DNA of 64,000 bases, taken from assembly GCA_965208835.1 (NCBI GenBank), contig OZ242358.1:3808001-3872000 (forward strand). The letters run 5' to 3'. Of the stretch, positions 30,031 to 39,820 are shown piece after piece. The DNA is from Candidatus Latescibacterota bacterium. Lineage in GTDB: Bacteria > Latescibacterota > UBA2968 > GCA-2709665. The position numbers and the translations under genes are program-made. How positions within the stretch are numbered: the first letter of the stretch is position 1; every line of letters begins with the position of its first letter. The notes beneath the pieces were generated by a model. That model did not search any database and was not told where the DNA came from. It saw only the letters and a program-made list of their open reading frames with translations.

Positions 30031-30056
30031 CGTACTGCGTACCGATACGCAGTACG
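30031..30056 (-). terminator. Putative intrinsic terminator
   Basis: CGTACTGCGTA-ccga-TACGCAGTACG followed on the minus strand by CTTCTTGGTT; downstream of the 30080 CDS. Confidence 0.5.
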
Positions 30057-30079
30057 AAGAGCAGCGGGCCGAGTCGAAA

Positions 30080-31264
30080 TCAGCTTCGTCCCGGCGCAAT
30101 CGGCACCAGGCTCGCACCCGATGGCCTTGGCCCGGAGGGCCTGATCGGCAGACGATCGTACGATCGGTACCGGACATCGAGATGCGGTGTCTCGACCCTC
30201 TGGTGGCCCCTGTGACGGGAATCCATCAGCGCATCCAGCGCTCCGCTCACCAGGAGCGTGCGCTCTACCGGATACGGCGGTATGCCGGTGAGGAAGAGTT
30301 CGTGTATGTTCCGGCCGAGGTAGCTGAAATGGGCGTGGGGATCATCCGGCAGGAACACCTCCATCCCCCGTACGCCGCCCTGCTCGCGACCTGCGTATCC
30401 GAACCCCTGCGTGTAGCCGTTCAACATAAGCGTGGCAGCCTTCAACCCGTCGGCGTATTCCAGCAGAAAGACAGCCGGGTCGGGGCAGTGGTCTTCCATT
30501 GCACCCGCGGCTTTCGCCTCAATGGGTTCGCGCGCGGCATCGGCCAGCTCGCGGGACCAACGCCCCTCGTCACCCGCACGCCACACGGCATCTCCCTCCA
30601 GGCACTGGACAGCGACGATGCCGGTCTCGCCGCCCCGCCTGCGTTCGGTCATACACTGCAACAGCTCGAGCGCGTGGAACCCGTAGATGTCGAGGCCCGA
30701 ATACCCGATTGACAACGCTTCCGCAAGCGGCGTATCCAGGTCGTATTCGAGATACGGACGCCTCCACCCCAGCGGCACCGAGGACCCGGCCAGAAAAGGC
30801 ACATTCAGCATTCCGGCCCGTTCGTACATCCACTTTGAATTCACCCAGTCGTACGCCAGGTGTTTGTCGTTGAACACGGGCACGGACCGGCCGGAAGTCG
30901 CAAGAACCCCGCATACCTGCTCGAAGAAGTACCGGCGCGGATACATATGCTGCTGCTTTTCGTTCCACGCGTAGTCGCCGTGCTCGCCGATGATCAGCAC
31001 GCCGTCGACCGCCAGTTTCTCTCCGCCCAGCGTCAATGCCTTCGGAATGCTGTTGTAGACCGGCACCCCGTGTTCATTCGCGAGTTCGAGGCCGACGTCT
31101 TTCTCATGAACCTGGTCCATGTACATCGACGCGACCTCGACCTGCGGCGGAATCAACCCGTCGTCCGACGGGAACCCCTTTAGAAACTTCGTAATGATGA
31201 CGTCGGCGTGGGAACGCGCATAGTACGTCGTCACAATGGCCGCGATCTTTTTCAATTCAGACAT
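30080..31264 (-). CDS. Conserved hypothetical oxidoreductase-like protein (family common in Planctomycetota-like genomes)
   Basis: SHADVI, AVDGVLIIGEHGDY, VPVFNDKHL, AGSSVP, YGFHALE..QCM.ERR.GGETG, YPVERTLL. Confidence 0.72.
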   Translation of the reverse strand: MSELKKIAAIVTTYYARSHADVIITKFLKGFPSDDGLIPPQVEVASMYMDQVHEKDVGLELANEHGVPVYNSIPKALTLGGEKLAVDGVLIIGEHGDYAWNEKQQHMYPRRYFFEQVCGVLATSGRSVPVFNDKHLAYDWVNSKWMYERAGMLNVPFLAGSSVPLGWRRPYLEYDLDTPLAEALSIGYSGLDIYGFHALELLQCMTERRRGGETGIVAVQCLEGDAVWRAGDEGRWSRELADAAREPIEAKAAGAMEDHCPDPAVFLLEYADGLKAATLMLNGYTQGFGYAGREQGGVRGMEVFLPDDPHAHFSYLGRNIHELFLTGIPPYPVERTLLVSGALDALMDSRHRGHQRVETPHLDVRYRSYDRLPIRPSGPRPSGASLVPIAPGRS

Positions 31265-31478
31265 TTGCCAAAAGCCTTTCGAAACAACGGGTGAACACGG
31301 AGTTTGCCATTGCCCTGACATAGCGGGAAAGGGCAGATCGCCCTGCCGATGGTACGCCGTCCGGGCGAGAAAACACGGGCACGGCGCCCGATCCGCCGGG
31401 AAAATATGAAGCCCGCGGGAATCGATGTCAAGGTGAAATGAACTTCCCGGATTCGGGACAATGCCCGGTTTATCCGCC

Positions 31479-31507
31479 TTGATTTTGAAGGATGGATCTT
31501 CTATTTT
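31479..31507 (+). promoter_or_regulatory. Putative sigma70 promoter of kbl
   Basis: TTGATT-17 bp-TATTTT; MITE A lies between it and kbl. Confidence 0.4.
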
Positions 31508-31516
31508 GGTGTCTCA

Positions 31517-31726
31517 GAAGTTGTTTTAAAATTACCGGTGAGTTCCCGAGCACAAGCGAAAAAGCGGCGGTTATGAGGCGCGAGGGGCGCGCAGCGCCGA
31601 CGGGAGAATCCGCCTATGAGAGGCGAGCAAGCGCAGCCTCGATCTCGTAGGACGGGTGGATTTGACCAACGCCGACCGGCACTTTTGCAGCCGTGCGAAG
31701 ACCGCTGGGAATTTTAAGACAGCTTC
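31517..31726 (+). mobile_element. MITE family A, 210-bp copy (longest)
   Basis: GAAGTTGTTTTAAAA...TTTTAAGACAGCTTC flanked by a TCA direct repeat. Confidence 0.85.
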
Positions 31727-31768
31727 TCAGGTCAGGATGCCGATTTCCGACTCCACGAGACAACCGAT

Positions 31769-32956
31769 ATGGCCTATACCGGTATGAAATCATGGTTGCA
31801 GGACGAACTGAAATCCATCCGGAAAAACGGACTCTACAAGACGGAAACACAAATCGTTACGCCACAGAATACACTGATCCGTACCCCGGATGGTGAAACG
31901 ATCAATTTCTGCGCCAACAACTACCTTGGGCTGGCCAATCATCCTGAAATCGTGGAAGCTGCGGCGGAAGGATTGGGCGCATACGGATACGGCATGGCAT
32001 CCGTACGCTTCATCTGCGGCACCCAGGATCTGCACCAGGTCCTGGAACGACGTATCTCAGGGTTTCTCAATACAGAAGATACGATACTCTATACGTCCTG
32101 CTTCGACGCCAACGCAGGACTGTTTGAGACCCTTCTGGGCCCTGAAGACGCCGTGATCAGCGACACGCTCAACCACGCCAGCATTATCGACGGCGTCCGG
32201 CTGTGCAAGGCGCGGCGCAGTATCTATCGTCACGCGGACATGGCGCATCTGGAAGGCCGGCTGAAGGACGCTGCGGACGCCCGTTTCCGGGTGGTCGCCA
32301 CCGACGGCGTGTTTTCTATGCACGGCGACGTCGCGCCGCTCAAGGAGATCTGCCGTCTCGCGGACGCCCACGATGCGCTGGTTATGGTGGACGATTCCCA
32401 CGCGACCGGTTTTATGGGCGCCAACGGGCGCGGCACACCCGAATTCTGCGGCGTCGAAAACCGGATCGATATCCTGACCAGCACGCTTGGAAAAGCCCTT
32501 GGAGGGGCCTCGGGCGGGTTTACGACGGGACGGGGAGAAATCATCGAGTACCTGCGTCAGCGCTCTCGCCCCTACCTTTTTTCCAACACGCTGGCGCCCC
32601 CCATTGTCGCGGGCGGATTGAAAGCGCTTGATCTCGTACAGACGCGGCCGGAGTACCGCCGCAACCTGATGGAAAATACACGGTACTTCAGGAAGACGAT
32701 GGCCGAACGCGGTTTCCGCATTACAGAGGGCGTCCACCCCATCGTCCCGATCATGCTCGGAGATGAACAGAAGACGGTGCGCATGGCCCGGGCAATGAAC
32801 GAACGCGGCATTTTCGTCGTGGGCTTCAGCTATCCCGTGGTGCCGAAAGGGGAAGCCCGCATCCGCGTCCAGGTCTCCGCGGCCCACACGCGGAAGCAGC
32901 TGGACCACGCGGTCGATACGTTCGTGGACGTCGGCACGGCCCTCGGGGTCTTATAA
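31769..32956 (+). CDS. kbl: Glycine C-acetyltransferase (2-amino-3-ketobutyrate CoA ligase)
   Basis: [61 protein letters not shown]. Confidence 0.95.
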   Translation: MAYTGMKSWLQDELKSIRKNGLYKTETQIVTPQNTLIRTPDGETINFCANNYLGLANHPEIVEAAAEGLGAYGYGMASVRFICGTQDLHQVLERRISGFLNTEDTILYTSCFDANAGLFETLLGPEDAVISDTLNHASIIDGVRLCKARRSIYRHADMAHLEGRLKDAADARFRVVATDGVFSMHGDVAPLKEICRLADAHDALVMVDDSHATGFMGANGRGTPEFCGVENRIDILTSTLGKALGGASGGFTTGRGEIIEYLRQRSRPYLFSNTLAPPIVAGGLKALDLVQTRPEYRRNLMENTRYFRKTMAERGFRITEGVHPIVPIMLGDEQKTVRMARAMNERGIFVVGFSYPVVPKGEARIRVQVSAAHTRKQLDHAVDTFVDVGTALGVL

Positions 32957-33048
32957 CCCAATCCTTTGACCCCTTTTCTCTAAATCCCGAAAAAGGAAGC
33001 GGTTGCCGGCGCAAGGGCCGCAACCGTCAACAACAAGAGGACACGCCA

Positions 33049-33816
33049 ATGGATATGCCCCCGCAACAATCCCTCCAGGACCACGTCGCCATCGTGACAG
33101 GGGCGGGGCAGGGTATCGGCCGTGCCGTGGCTCAGACCCTGGCCGGGCACGGCGCGCACCTTGTCGTAAACGACCTCGACGAGTCCAATGCCGAACGAAC
33201 GGCCGAAGAACTCAGGTCGTCGGTCACCACGGCCTTTCACTTTCAGGCGGATGTCACCGATGCGCCCGGGGTGCAGGCCATGGTCGACTGGACCGCGGAC
33301 ACATTCGGCGCCGTCCACATTCTGGTCAACAACGCCGGCATCCTCTTTCCGACCAGCGTTGTCGACATTGACGAAGACGAGTGGGACCGCGTAATCGACG
33401 TCAACCTCAAAGGCGCCTTTCTCTGCTCAAAGGCCGTCCTCCCTCATATGCGGGAAGCGGGTTGGGGCCGCATCGTCAATTTCTCTTCCACCGCCGGCAA
33501 GAACATCAGCACCGTTGGCGGCGCGCATTACACGGCTGCCAAGGCGGGCGTGCTGGGGTTCACACGCCACCTCGCAAGGGAAGTCGCGCCCTACAACATT
33601 ACCGTAAACGCCGTATGCCCGGGACTGATCGATACCGAAATGGTCCGCGGAACCATTGATGAGGAACGAACACGCGCCTATGCGCGAGGCTTTCCCATAC
33701 CCCGCCTGGGCAGACCCGAGGAAGTGGCCAGCCTCGTGGCCTTCCTCGCCTCCGACCAGGCCGCCTACATCACGGGCGCGTCGCTCGACATCAACGGCGG
33801 AGATCTCATGATATAG
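33049..33816 (+). CDS. SDR family oxidoreductase (FabG-like)
   Basis: TGAGQGIG, NNAG, YTAAK. Confidence 0.92.
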   Translation: MDMPPQQSLQDHVAIVTGAGQGIGRAVAQTLAGHGAHLVVNDLDESNAERTAEELRSSVTTAFHFQADVTDAPGVQAMVDWTADTFGAVHILVNNAGILFPTSVVDIDEDEWDRVIDVNLKGAFLCSKAVLPHMREAGWGRIVNFSSTAGKNISTVGGAHYTAAKAGVLGFTRHLAREVAPYNITVNAVCPGLIDTEMVRGTIDEERTRAYARGFPIPRLGRPEEVASLVAFLASDQAAYITGASLDINGGDLMI

Positions 33817-33833
33817 TGTTTCGCAGGGGTTAG

Positions 33834-33993
33834 CAGTCCGTTGATAAAGTCGCTCTGCAGGCGAGGCGGAGCCATTGTGGCCGAAGACAAGGCGCGCAAC
33901 CGAGTCCCATCCTGCGATTCGGCGGGGGCGCGCAACGCAGTATTTCGACCGCAAGGGCCGGCCGTAGCCCGGATGGACTTTTTCAACGGACTG
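33834..33993 (+). mobile_element. MITE family B, 160-bp copy
   Basis: CAGTCCGTTGATAAAG...CTTTTTCAACGGACTG flanked by TTAG on both sides. Confidence 0.85.
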
Positions 33994-34011
33994 TTAGGGG
34001 GTATTCACGGA

Positions 34012-35172
34012 ATGCGGATTGAGAGCGTAAGGACCTTTCTGGTTCATCCGGGCAGCGCGAAAAACCTGCTCTTCGTCAAACTGGAAACCGATGCGGGCAT
34101 CCACGGATGGGGAGAGGCCTATACGCAGCATGACAGGGACCGGAGCGTTCAGGTCCACGTGGAGGAACTGGGACGGTACCTGACAGGACGATCGCCGTTC
34201 GATATCAAGCACTTCACGTACGTGGCCTACACGGATTTCGCCGGCAAGCGGGGCGCGATGGACCTCTACGCCGCCATCAGCGCCATTGAACAGGCCATGT
34301 GGGATATTGTCGGCAAGTCTTTGAACCAGCCCGTCCATAACCTGCTAGGCGGCGCCTGCAGGACCAGAATCAAGGTCTACGCCAACGGCTGGGGGAGCTG
34401 GTACGATCCCGGGAAGGGATTGGATGAACTCGCCGAACGTGCCGCCTCGGTGGTGGCGAGGGGATTTACAGCGCTCAAATTCGACCCCTTTCCGGGCCCC
34501 TGGCGCAGCATCGTCGACCGGAAGGACGAACAGACCGCCGTGGACCGGGTCGCGGCGGTGCGCGAGGCTGTGGGCCCGGACGTGGATATCCTGGTCGAGG
34601 TACACCGCAGGCTCTCTCCTGCGCCTGCCATCCGCGTTGCCCGCGGCATGGAGCCATACAATCCGTTCTGGTACGAGGAGCCGGTTTCGTCCCGGGACCT
34701 CGACGGCCTCGCGGAAGCCAGACGAAACATCCGCATCCCGGTTGTCACGGGAGAAGAACTCTATACAAAGGCTGAATTCCGCGAGGTTTTTGAAAAACGT
34801 GCCGCCGACATCATCAACCCGGACGTCTGCAATTGCGGCGGCATCCTGGAACTCCGCGAAATCGCGGCGATGGCCGAACCCTGCCACGTCGCGGTCTCGC
34901 CACACAACTACAACAGCACCACCGTGGGGCTGGCCGCCACGATGCAGGCCGCGGCAGGAATGCCCAACTTTCTGATTACCGAGTACTTCGTGAATTTCGA
35001 ACCTGCGGGAAATGAAATCGCGGTGGATCCGTTCGTCGTAGAAGACGGTTACATCACGCTGCCCACCGTCGCCGGACTGGGCATCGACCTGGACGAAGGC
35101 GCGCTCGCCGAACATCCTTTCCGGTCGTTCCCCGAAAGAAACCTGCGGCGCCCGTCCGACGAGGGTCCGTAG
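34012..35172 (+). CDS. Galactonate dehydratase-like enolase-superfamily enzyme
   Basis: GWGE, A.WDI.GK, YANGW, KFDP, EVH.R, YEEP, TGE, NPD, PHN. The longer ORF-track start lies inside MITE B. Confidence 0.88.
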   Translation: MRIESVRTFLVHPGSAKNLLFVKLETDAGIHGWGEAYTQHDRDRSVQVHVEELGRYLTGRSPFDIKHFTYVAYTDFAGKRGAMDLYAAISAIEQAMWDIVGKSLNQPVHNLLGGACRTRIKVYANGWGSWYDPGKGLDELAERAASVVARGFTALKFDPFPGPWRSIVDRKDEQTAVDRVAAVREAVGPDVDILVEVHRRLSPAPAIRVARGMEPYNPFWYEEPVSSRDLDGLAEARRNIRIPVVTGEELYTKAEFREVFEKRAADIINPDVCNCGGILELREIAAMAEPCHVAVSPHNYNSTTVGLAATMQAAAGMPNFLITEYFVNFEPAGNEIAVDPFVVEDGYITLPTVAGLGIDLDEGALAEHPFRSFPERNLRRPSDEGP

Positions 35173-35268
35173 CCATCTGATGTTCTCAACCGCATACGGC
35201 GATTTTCAAATCTGTTTACTGGGCTCGGGTTCAGGATATCCCCGGTATTCACGCAAAGGAGATAGAAG

Positions 35269-36306
35269 ATGGATCGTGGTGACTTGAGAGATAGATTGGA
35301 CGTGCTGGAAGAAAGGCTGCGCTGGCAGAAGCGGGCGATTGCAGGGTTGCTGGTTGTATTCTTGTTCAGCGCGGCGCCGGCTATGACCCAGGCGCCGAAG
35401 TGGCTTAACCGGATGCTTCCGTCGAAGCTGACCTCGCTAAGCCTTCTACACGGCGAGACTCCAGGCGACGTGCGGTTTGGCGGTCTTGCCCATCTCCGGC
35501 CCGAACTCCCGTTGCCGGAGACTCGGGAGAGCGGGCCGAGCAAGATCGCTCCGGAGCAAATCATCGACGCGGGAGACACGCTGCGTGTTGGGACGCTTCA
35601 CATCGTAAATGCAAGCGGGGCGGTCGTCGCGGAAATCGGGTCGGAAGAATCGGGAGACGGTTCACTGTTGATAAGGAATAAAGACAGAGCCGTAGTTTCC
35701 GTTGTGGGCGTAGGCAGGGATGGACATGGCACCCTCGGCGTCCTCAATGCGGCGGGCCGGGTCGCGGCGGCCATGGGCGTGGATCGCTCGGAACAGGCCA
35801 ATGGATGGGTCGACGTCAGGAGCGCGACCGAGTCGGCGTCCGCGCTCTTCTTCGACAACGCGGGAGACGGCGCGATGGCGGTGTTCAACACAGACAATCA
35901 GCCGGTTTCCGGATTCAGTATTGACAACAACGGCGCCGGGGCCCTTCATATCGTGAATGCGGAGGGCGGGGTCGTTGCCGCCATGGGCGCGAATGATAAC
36001 GGGCACGGTCTCGTCGGGTTTCTCAATGCCTCCGAGCGTGTTGTCGCCGGCATGGGGGCGGATTCCACGGGCGTCGGCGGGCTGGGAATTGAAGGAGGCA
36101 GGTTCAGTGCTTTTGTCGATGAGAACGGCAATGGAGTCGCACGTACTCGCGGCGCGGATGAGGAAATCCGCTGGTCCTCTGAGGCGCCTCTCATCGGGGA
36201 CACCGGCACGTCGACCGGGCTGATCGGGGATTTCGACGGGGACGGCGACGTGGACTTCGACGACTTCCTCACCTTCGCGAGGAATTACGGCAAAACGAGT
36301 GGGTAG
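35269..36306 (+). CDS. Exported repeat protein with C-terminal EF-hand/dockerin-like motif
   Basis: N-terminal coiled-coil plus hydrophobic segment; tandem ~22-aa G-x-L-x-I-x-N-xx-G-x-VVA-x-MG repeats; ends GDFDGDGDVDFDDFLTFARNYGK. Confidence 0.75.
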   Translation: MDRGDLRDRLDVLEERLRWQKRAIAGLLVVFLFSAAPAMTQAPKWLNRMLPSKLTSLSLLHGETPGDVRFGGLAHLRPELPLPETRESGPSKIAPEQIIDAGDTLRVGTLHIVNASGAVVAEIGSEESGDGSLLIRNKDRAVVSVVGVGRDGHGTLGVLNAAGRVAAAMGVDRSEQANGWVDVRSATESASALFFDNAGDGAMAVFNTDNQPVSGFSIDNNGAGALHIVNAEGGVVAAMGANDNGHGLVGFLNASERVVAGMGADSTGVGGLGIEGGRFSAFVDENGNGVARTRGADEEIRWSSEAPLIGDTGTSTGLIGDFDGDGDVDFDDFLTFARNYGKTSG

Positions 36307-36471
36307 CCACCCCTCCCCGGCGCGGGAAGGGGAGGAATGATCGGGTCAGTCGCCGGCAAAAATTCAGATCCATCGTATCAATCTTCCCGATTGGCCCGGA
36401 AATCTTCCGCATATCATCACTGAATTCCCGGTCCGATCCAATGCGTTTCATTGACGTCAGCTGAATCGTCC

Positions 36472-37743
36472 ATGTCCCAACGATCCGAAGAACCCTCCGA
36501 AACCCCTTCCAATCTGCACGGCGCGCTCGCGCCGCTGAACATCCCGGACTATCGCCGGCTGCTGGCCAGCAACGCCCTCTGGTGGCAGTTCATGTGGATG
36601 GAAATCATCGTCGCCGGCTGGCTGGTGCTGGAGCTGACCAACTCGGCCTGGCAGGTGTCGCTGATCGGCTTCTACCGCATGGCGCCGCTGCTCCTGGTCG
36701 GCTTCGTGTCCGGCCCCCTCACCGACCGGTTCGGCCGCCGGAAGATCATCATCTTCTCCCAGATCGTCAACCTCGTCGTATCCCTCCTCATCGCCCTGAT
36801 CATCCTCACCGACAGGCTGGCCGTGTGGCATCTGGCCGTGGGCGCGCTGGTTCTGGGTACCACCTGGGCGGTGGATTGGACCGCGCGAAGGTCGCTGCTA
36901 CCGGACCTGGTTGGCAGAGCCCGAACCATGGACGCCATGCTCCTCGAGGGAATCTCCCAGAATATCACCCGGGTTGCCGGACCCTTTTCCAGCGGCGTCC
37001 TGTACGCGACCCTGGGACCGCTTGGCTGTTTTCTGATCCTGACCGCGATGGCGCTTGCTTCGCTGCTGATCCTCGTGCGGCTCTCCAGACGACCCGTCCT
37101 CGAGGGAACCCCCACAGATGCTTCCCACTGGACCCGGACCGTGGAAGGGCTGCGCTATATCCGACGCAACCCCACGATTCTGGGCGTTACGCTCATTACC
37201 GTTGCCATGAACTTCCTGGTCTTTCCCTACCAGACCCTGTTACCGGTGTTTGCGAGAGACATCCTGAATCAGGGCCCTGTCGGCTTCGGTGTACTCGCCT
37301 CCGCCAACGGCGTCGGCGCGTTCGTCGGCCTCTGGCTTGTGAGCAGGCTCAGGCGTAATCTCAGCACCAGCTGGCTCTATGCGGGCGGCTCGTTCCTGAT
37401 GGCCGCCGCTGTGGCTGTATTCTCAATGTCAACCGATTTCTATCTTTCGCTGGGCCTTCTCGTCCTTTCGGGCATCGGCCACGCGGCATTCGGCCTCCTC
37501 CAGAGCACCATCGTCCTGCTGTCGGCGCGAGACGACATGCGGAGCCGCGCCATGGGCGGCATCGTACTCGCCATCGGGACGGGTCCACCGGGCCGCCTGA
37601 GCGCCGGCGCGGTGGCCGAACGCCTTGGCGCGCCCTTCGCCGTTGGCCTCACGTGCGCGATCGCGGCCCTGGTCGTCGTTGCGGTCACGGTGGCCATGTC
37701 GGGGTTCCGGAACGCATCGGCCGCACGGGAAGCCAGGGCATAA
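36472..37743 (+). CDS. MFS transporter
   Basis: About 12 hydrophobic segments; G.LTDRFGRRK motif A. Confidence 0.9.
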   Translation: MSQRSEEPSETPSNLHGALAPLNIPDYRRLLASNALWWQFMWMEIIVAGWLVLELTNSAWQVSLIGFYRMAPLLLVGFVSGPLTDRFGRRKIIIFSQIVNLVVSLLIALIILTDRLAVWHLAVGALVLGTTWAVDWTARRSLLPDLVGRARTMDAMLLEGISQNITRVAGPFSSGVLYATLGPLGCFLILTAMALASLLILVRLSRRPVLEGTPTDASHWTRTVEGLRYIRRNPTILGVTLITVAMNFLVFPYQTLLPVFARDILNQGPVGFGVLASANGVGAFVGLWLVSRLRRNLSTSWLYAGGSFLMAAAVAVFSMSTDFYLSLGLLVLSGIGHAAFGLLQSTIVLLSARDDMRSRAMGGIVLAIGTGPPGRLSAGAVAERLGAPFAVGLTCAIAALVVVAVTVAMSGFRNASAAREARA

Positions 37744-37744
37744 G

Positions 37745-37770
37745 AAAACCGCCCTGTAAAGGCGGTTTCT
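37745..37770. terminator. Hairpin between convergent genes
   Basis: AAACCGCC-ctgtaaa-GGCGGTTT with A/T flanks. Confidence 0.55.
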
Positions 37771-37818
37771 CCATCATCCATATTATTTTCAGCTACTTAA
37801 AAGGGAATTAGCACAAAT

Positions 37819-38808
37819 TCACATCGCCAGTATCCGCTCGACCTCATCCCTGAGCGATTCATCCAGCCTGGGGCCGAACTGCGCAACCACGCGCATCGAC
37901 GCGTAGTTCGCCAGCCTTGCCGAGTGTACCGCGTCGAATCCGTGAGTAATCCCGAACAGATAGGCCCCGGCGAACATATCTCCCGCGCCATTGGTATCGA
38001 CCGCATCGACGCTGAATCCCGGCGAAAGGAACCGTTCGGCTCCGTCCCATACAATGGCGCCATTGGCCTCACACGTGACCGCGTATGCGCCCACCATCGT
38101 CTCCAGTGCAACGCAAGCCCCGTTCGTCTCGCCCGTTTCGGTAAAAGCCCGCGCTTCGTCCTCGTTACAAAACAGCAGGTCCACCCCGCGGGTTACGAGC
38201 GCCCGCATCCGGTCTCCGAACGCGGCTACGATGGTGGGATCGCTCAGCGACAGCGACACCCGGGTTCCCCCCGCGCGTGCTTCGGCCTGGGCGGCCAGCG
38301 CCCCTTCGAACCCGCTGTCGGACGCCACGAGATACCCTTCAATGTACAGATAGTCGCTGTTTTGTATCACATCGGGCTCGAGCTGTTCCGGGCCGAACGT
38401 TGCGGTAATGCCCAGGTACGTATTCATCGTGCGATCGGCGTCGTCCGTGATCATAACGAGGCATTTCCCCGTGATGCCTTCTCCCTGAAACCGGTTGGAA
38501 GCCACGCCGGCCGCCGCCAGGTCCTGGAGATAGAAGTCCCCGTACGCGTCCTTCGCCACCTTGCAGGCGTAGTGGGACCTTCCACCCAGATTCACCACGG
38601 CGATCATGGTATTCGCGGCGGACCCGCCGGACGAGCGTTTCAGTAGGTCATCACCCAGGTGTTCGAGGAGTTCGTGATGCCGGGCCTCATCTATCAACGT
38701 CATCACGCCCTTTTCGATTCCGGCCCTGGCGAGAAAGTCGGGCGTTACCCGAAATTGAATATCCACCAGTGCGTTGCCGATGCCGTACACACTAAATGCC
38801 CTGGCCAT
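37819..38808 (-). CDS. PfkB family kinase (adenosine kinase-like)
   Basis: GIGNALVD, GGSAANT, RTMNTYLG, FCNEDEA, DTNGAGDMFAG. Confidence 0.9.
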   Translation of the reverse strand: MARAFSVYGIGNALVDIQFRVTPDFLARAGIEKGVMTLIDEARHHELLEHLGDDLLKRSSGGSAANTMIAVVNLGGRSHYACKVAKDAYGDFYLQDLAAAGVASNRFQGEGITGKCLVMITDDADRTMNTYLGITATFGPEQLEPDVIQNSDYLYIEGYLVASDSGFEGALAAQAEARAGGTRVSLSLSDPTIVAAFGDRMRALVTRGVDLLFCNEDEARAFTETGETNGACVALETMVGAYAVTCEANGAIVWDGAERFLSPGFSVDAVDTNGAGDMFAGAYLFGITHGFDAVHSARLANYASMRVVAQFGPRLDESLRDEVERILAM

Positions 38809-38953
38809 AAGCGCTCCTTGCATTATCGGTCTGATTCCTTATCATATTGGCGTTCCCAGTCTGCACGAATTCGACGGATCGTGGGCGCGGAACGGCACGT
38901 ACCGTTGACACTCGCCAGCAGTGACCCATATCACACGGCATCTCTCGACACAG

Positions 38954-38982
38954 GTAGGGGCAGGTTTCAAACCTGCCCCTGC
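38954..38982 (+). repeat. GTAG-family REP palindrome
   Basis: GTAGGGGCAGGTTT-C-AAACCTGCCCCTGC, intergenic. Confidence 0.7.
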
Positions 38983-39052
38983 GAACGGGGTCATTTTCGC
39001 GACCAAAATACAATGACTTTGATAAGAATACTACCATTTTGAGGAATCAAAA

Positions 39053-39811
39053 TTGAGCAAGACCATTACCTGCAACGTTCGGGAACTGACCGTCCTCATC
39101 GACGTAGAAGGTGACAACGAGGGCTCGCGCAACCACGAACTCTGGCGGGCGAACACCTTCAATGAGAAAGAACCCGACACCCTGGACTGGATCGACACGT
39201 GGTTCAAATCCGGCGAGACGATTTACGACGTCGGCGCGAATATTGGCCAATACGCCCTGTACGCGGCGCGAAGGCTGGACGAGCGCGCCCGGATCCTGGC
39301 GTTTGAACCCGAAGCCCTGAACTACGCCAAACTGAACCGGAACATCCTGCTCAACGGCCTCGGGGAGGTTGTCACGGCCTATCCGTTCGCCATTTCGGAC
39401 CGGACGTCCGTTCAGCATTTCTACTCCAAAACCTTTGCTCCGGGCGCCGCGCTCCATGCGCTGGGCGAACCCGTAACGCAGGGCGCCGTGCCCTTTGCGC
39501 CGCAGAACCGCCAGGGAACGCTGGCCGTGTCACTGGACGATCTCACCGGCCGATTCGGCCTTCCGTTTCCCGATCACGTGAAAATTGACGTCGACGGCAT
39601 CGAGGACAGGATTGTCGCCGGCGCGTCGCGAACACTTGAGGATACCAGGTTAAAAACCGTGCTCATCGAAGTCTACATGTTCGAAGACATGGCTCGCAGG
39701 ATCGAAACGGCGTTCTTCGAACGGGGTTTCGTCCTGGCCAACGTCAGCCCGGTCGACTACTCGGAGGGCATCGTTCAGAACCTGATCTTCCGCCGCGAAA
39801 ATCTGATCTGA
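39053..39811 (+). CDS. FkbM family methyltransferase
   Basis: YDVGANIGQY, AFEP, SLDD, HVKIDVDG.E. Confidence 0.9.
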   Translation: MSKTITCNVRELTVLIDVEGDNEGSRNHELWRANTFNEKEPDTLDWIDTWFKSGETIYDVGANIGQYALYAARRLDERARILAFEPEALNYAKLNRNILLNGLGEVVTAYPFAISDRTSVQHFYSKTFAPGAALHALGEPVTQGAVPFAPQNRQGTLAVSLDDLTGRFGLPFPDHVKIDVDGIEDRIVAGASRTLEDTRLKTVLIEVYMFEDMARRIETAFFERGFVLANVSPVDYSEGIVQNLIFRRENLI

Positions 39812-39820
39812 GAAGACCCC

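Noticed and set aside
33841-34011. 57-aa N-terminal extension of the dehydratase
   Set aside because: It lies within MITE B; homology starts at MRIESV (34012).
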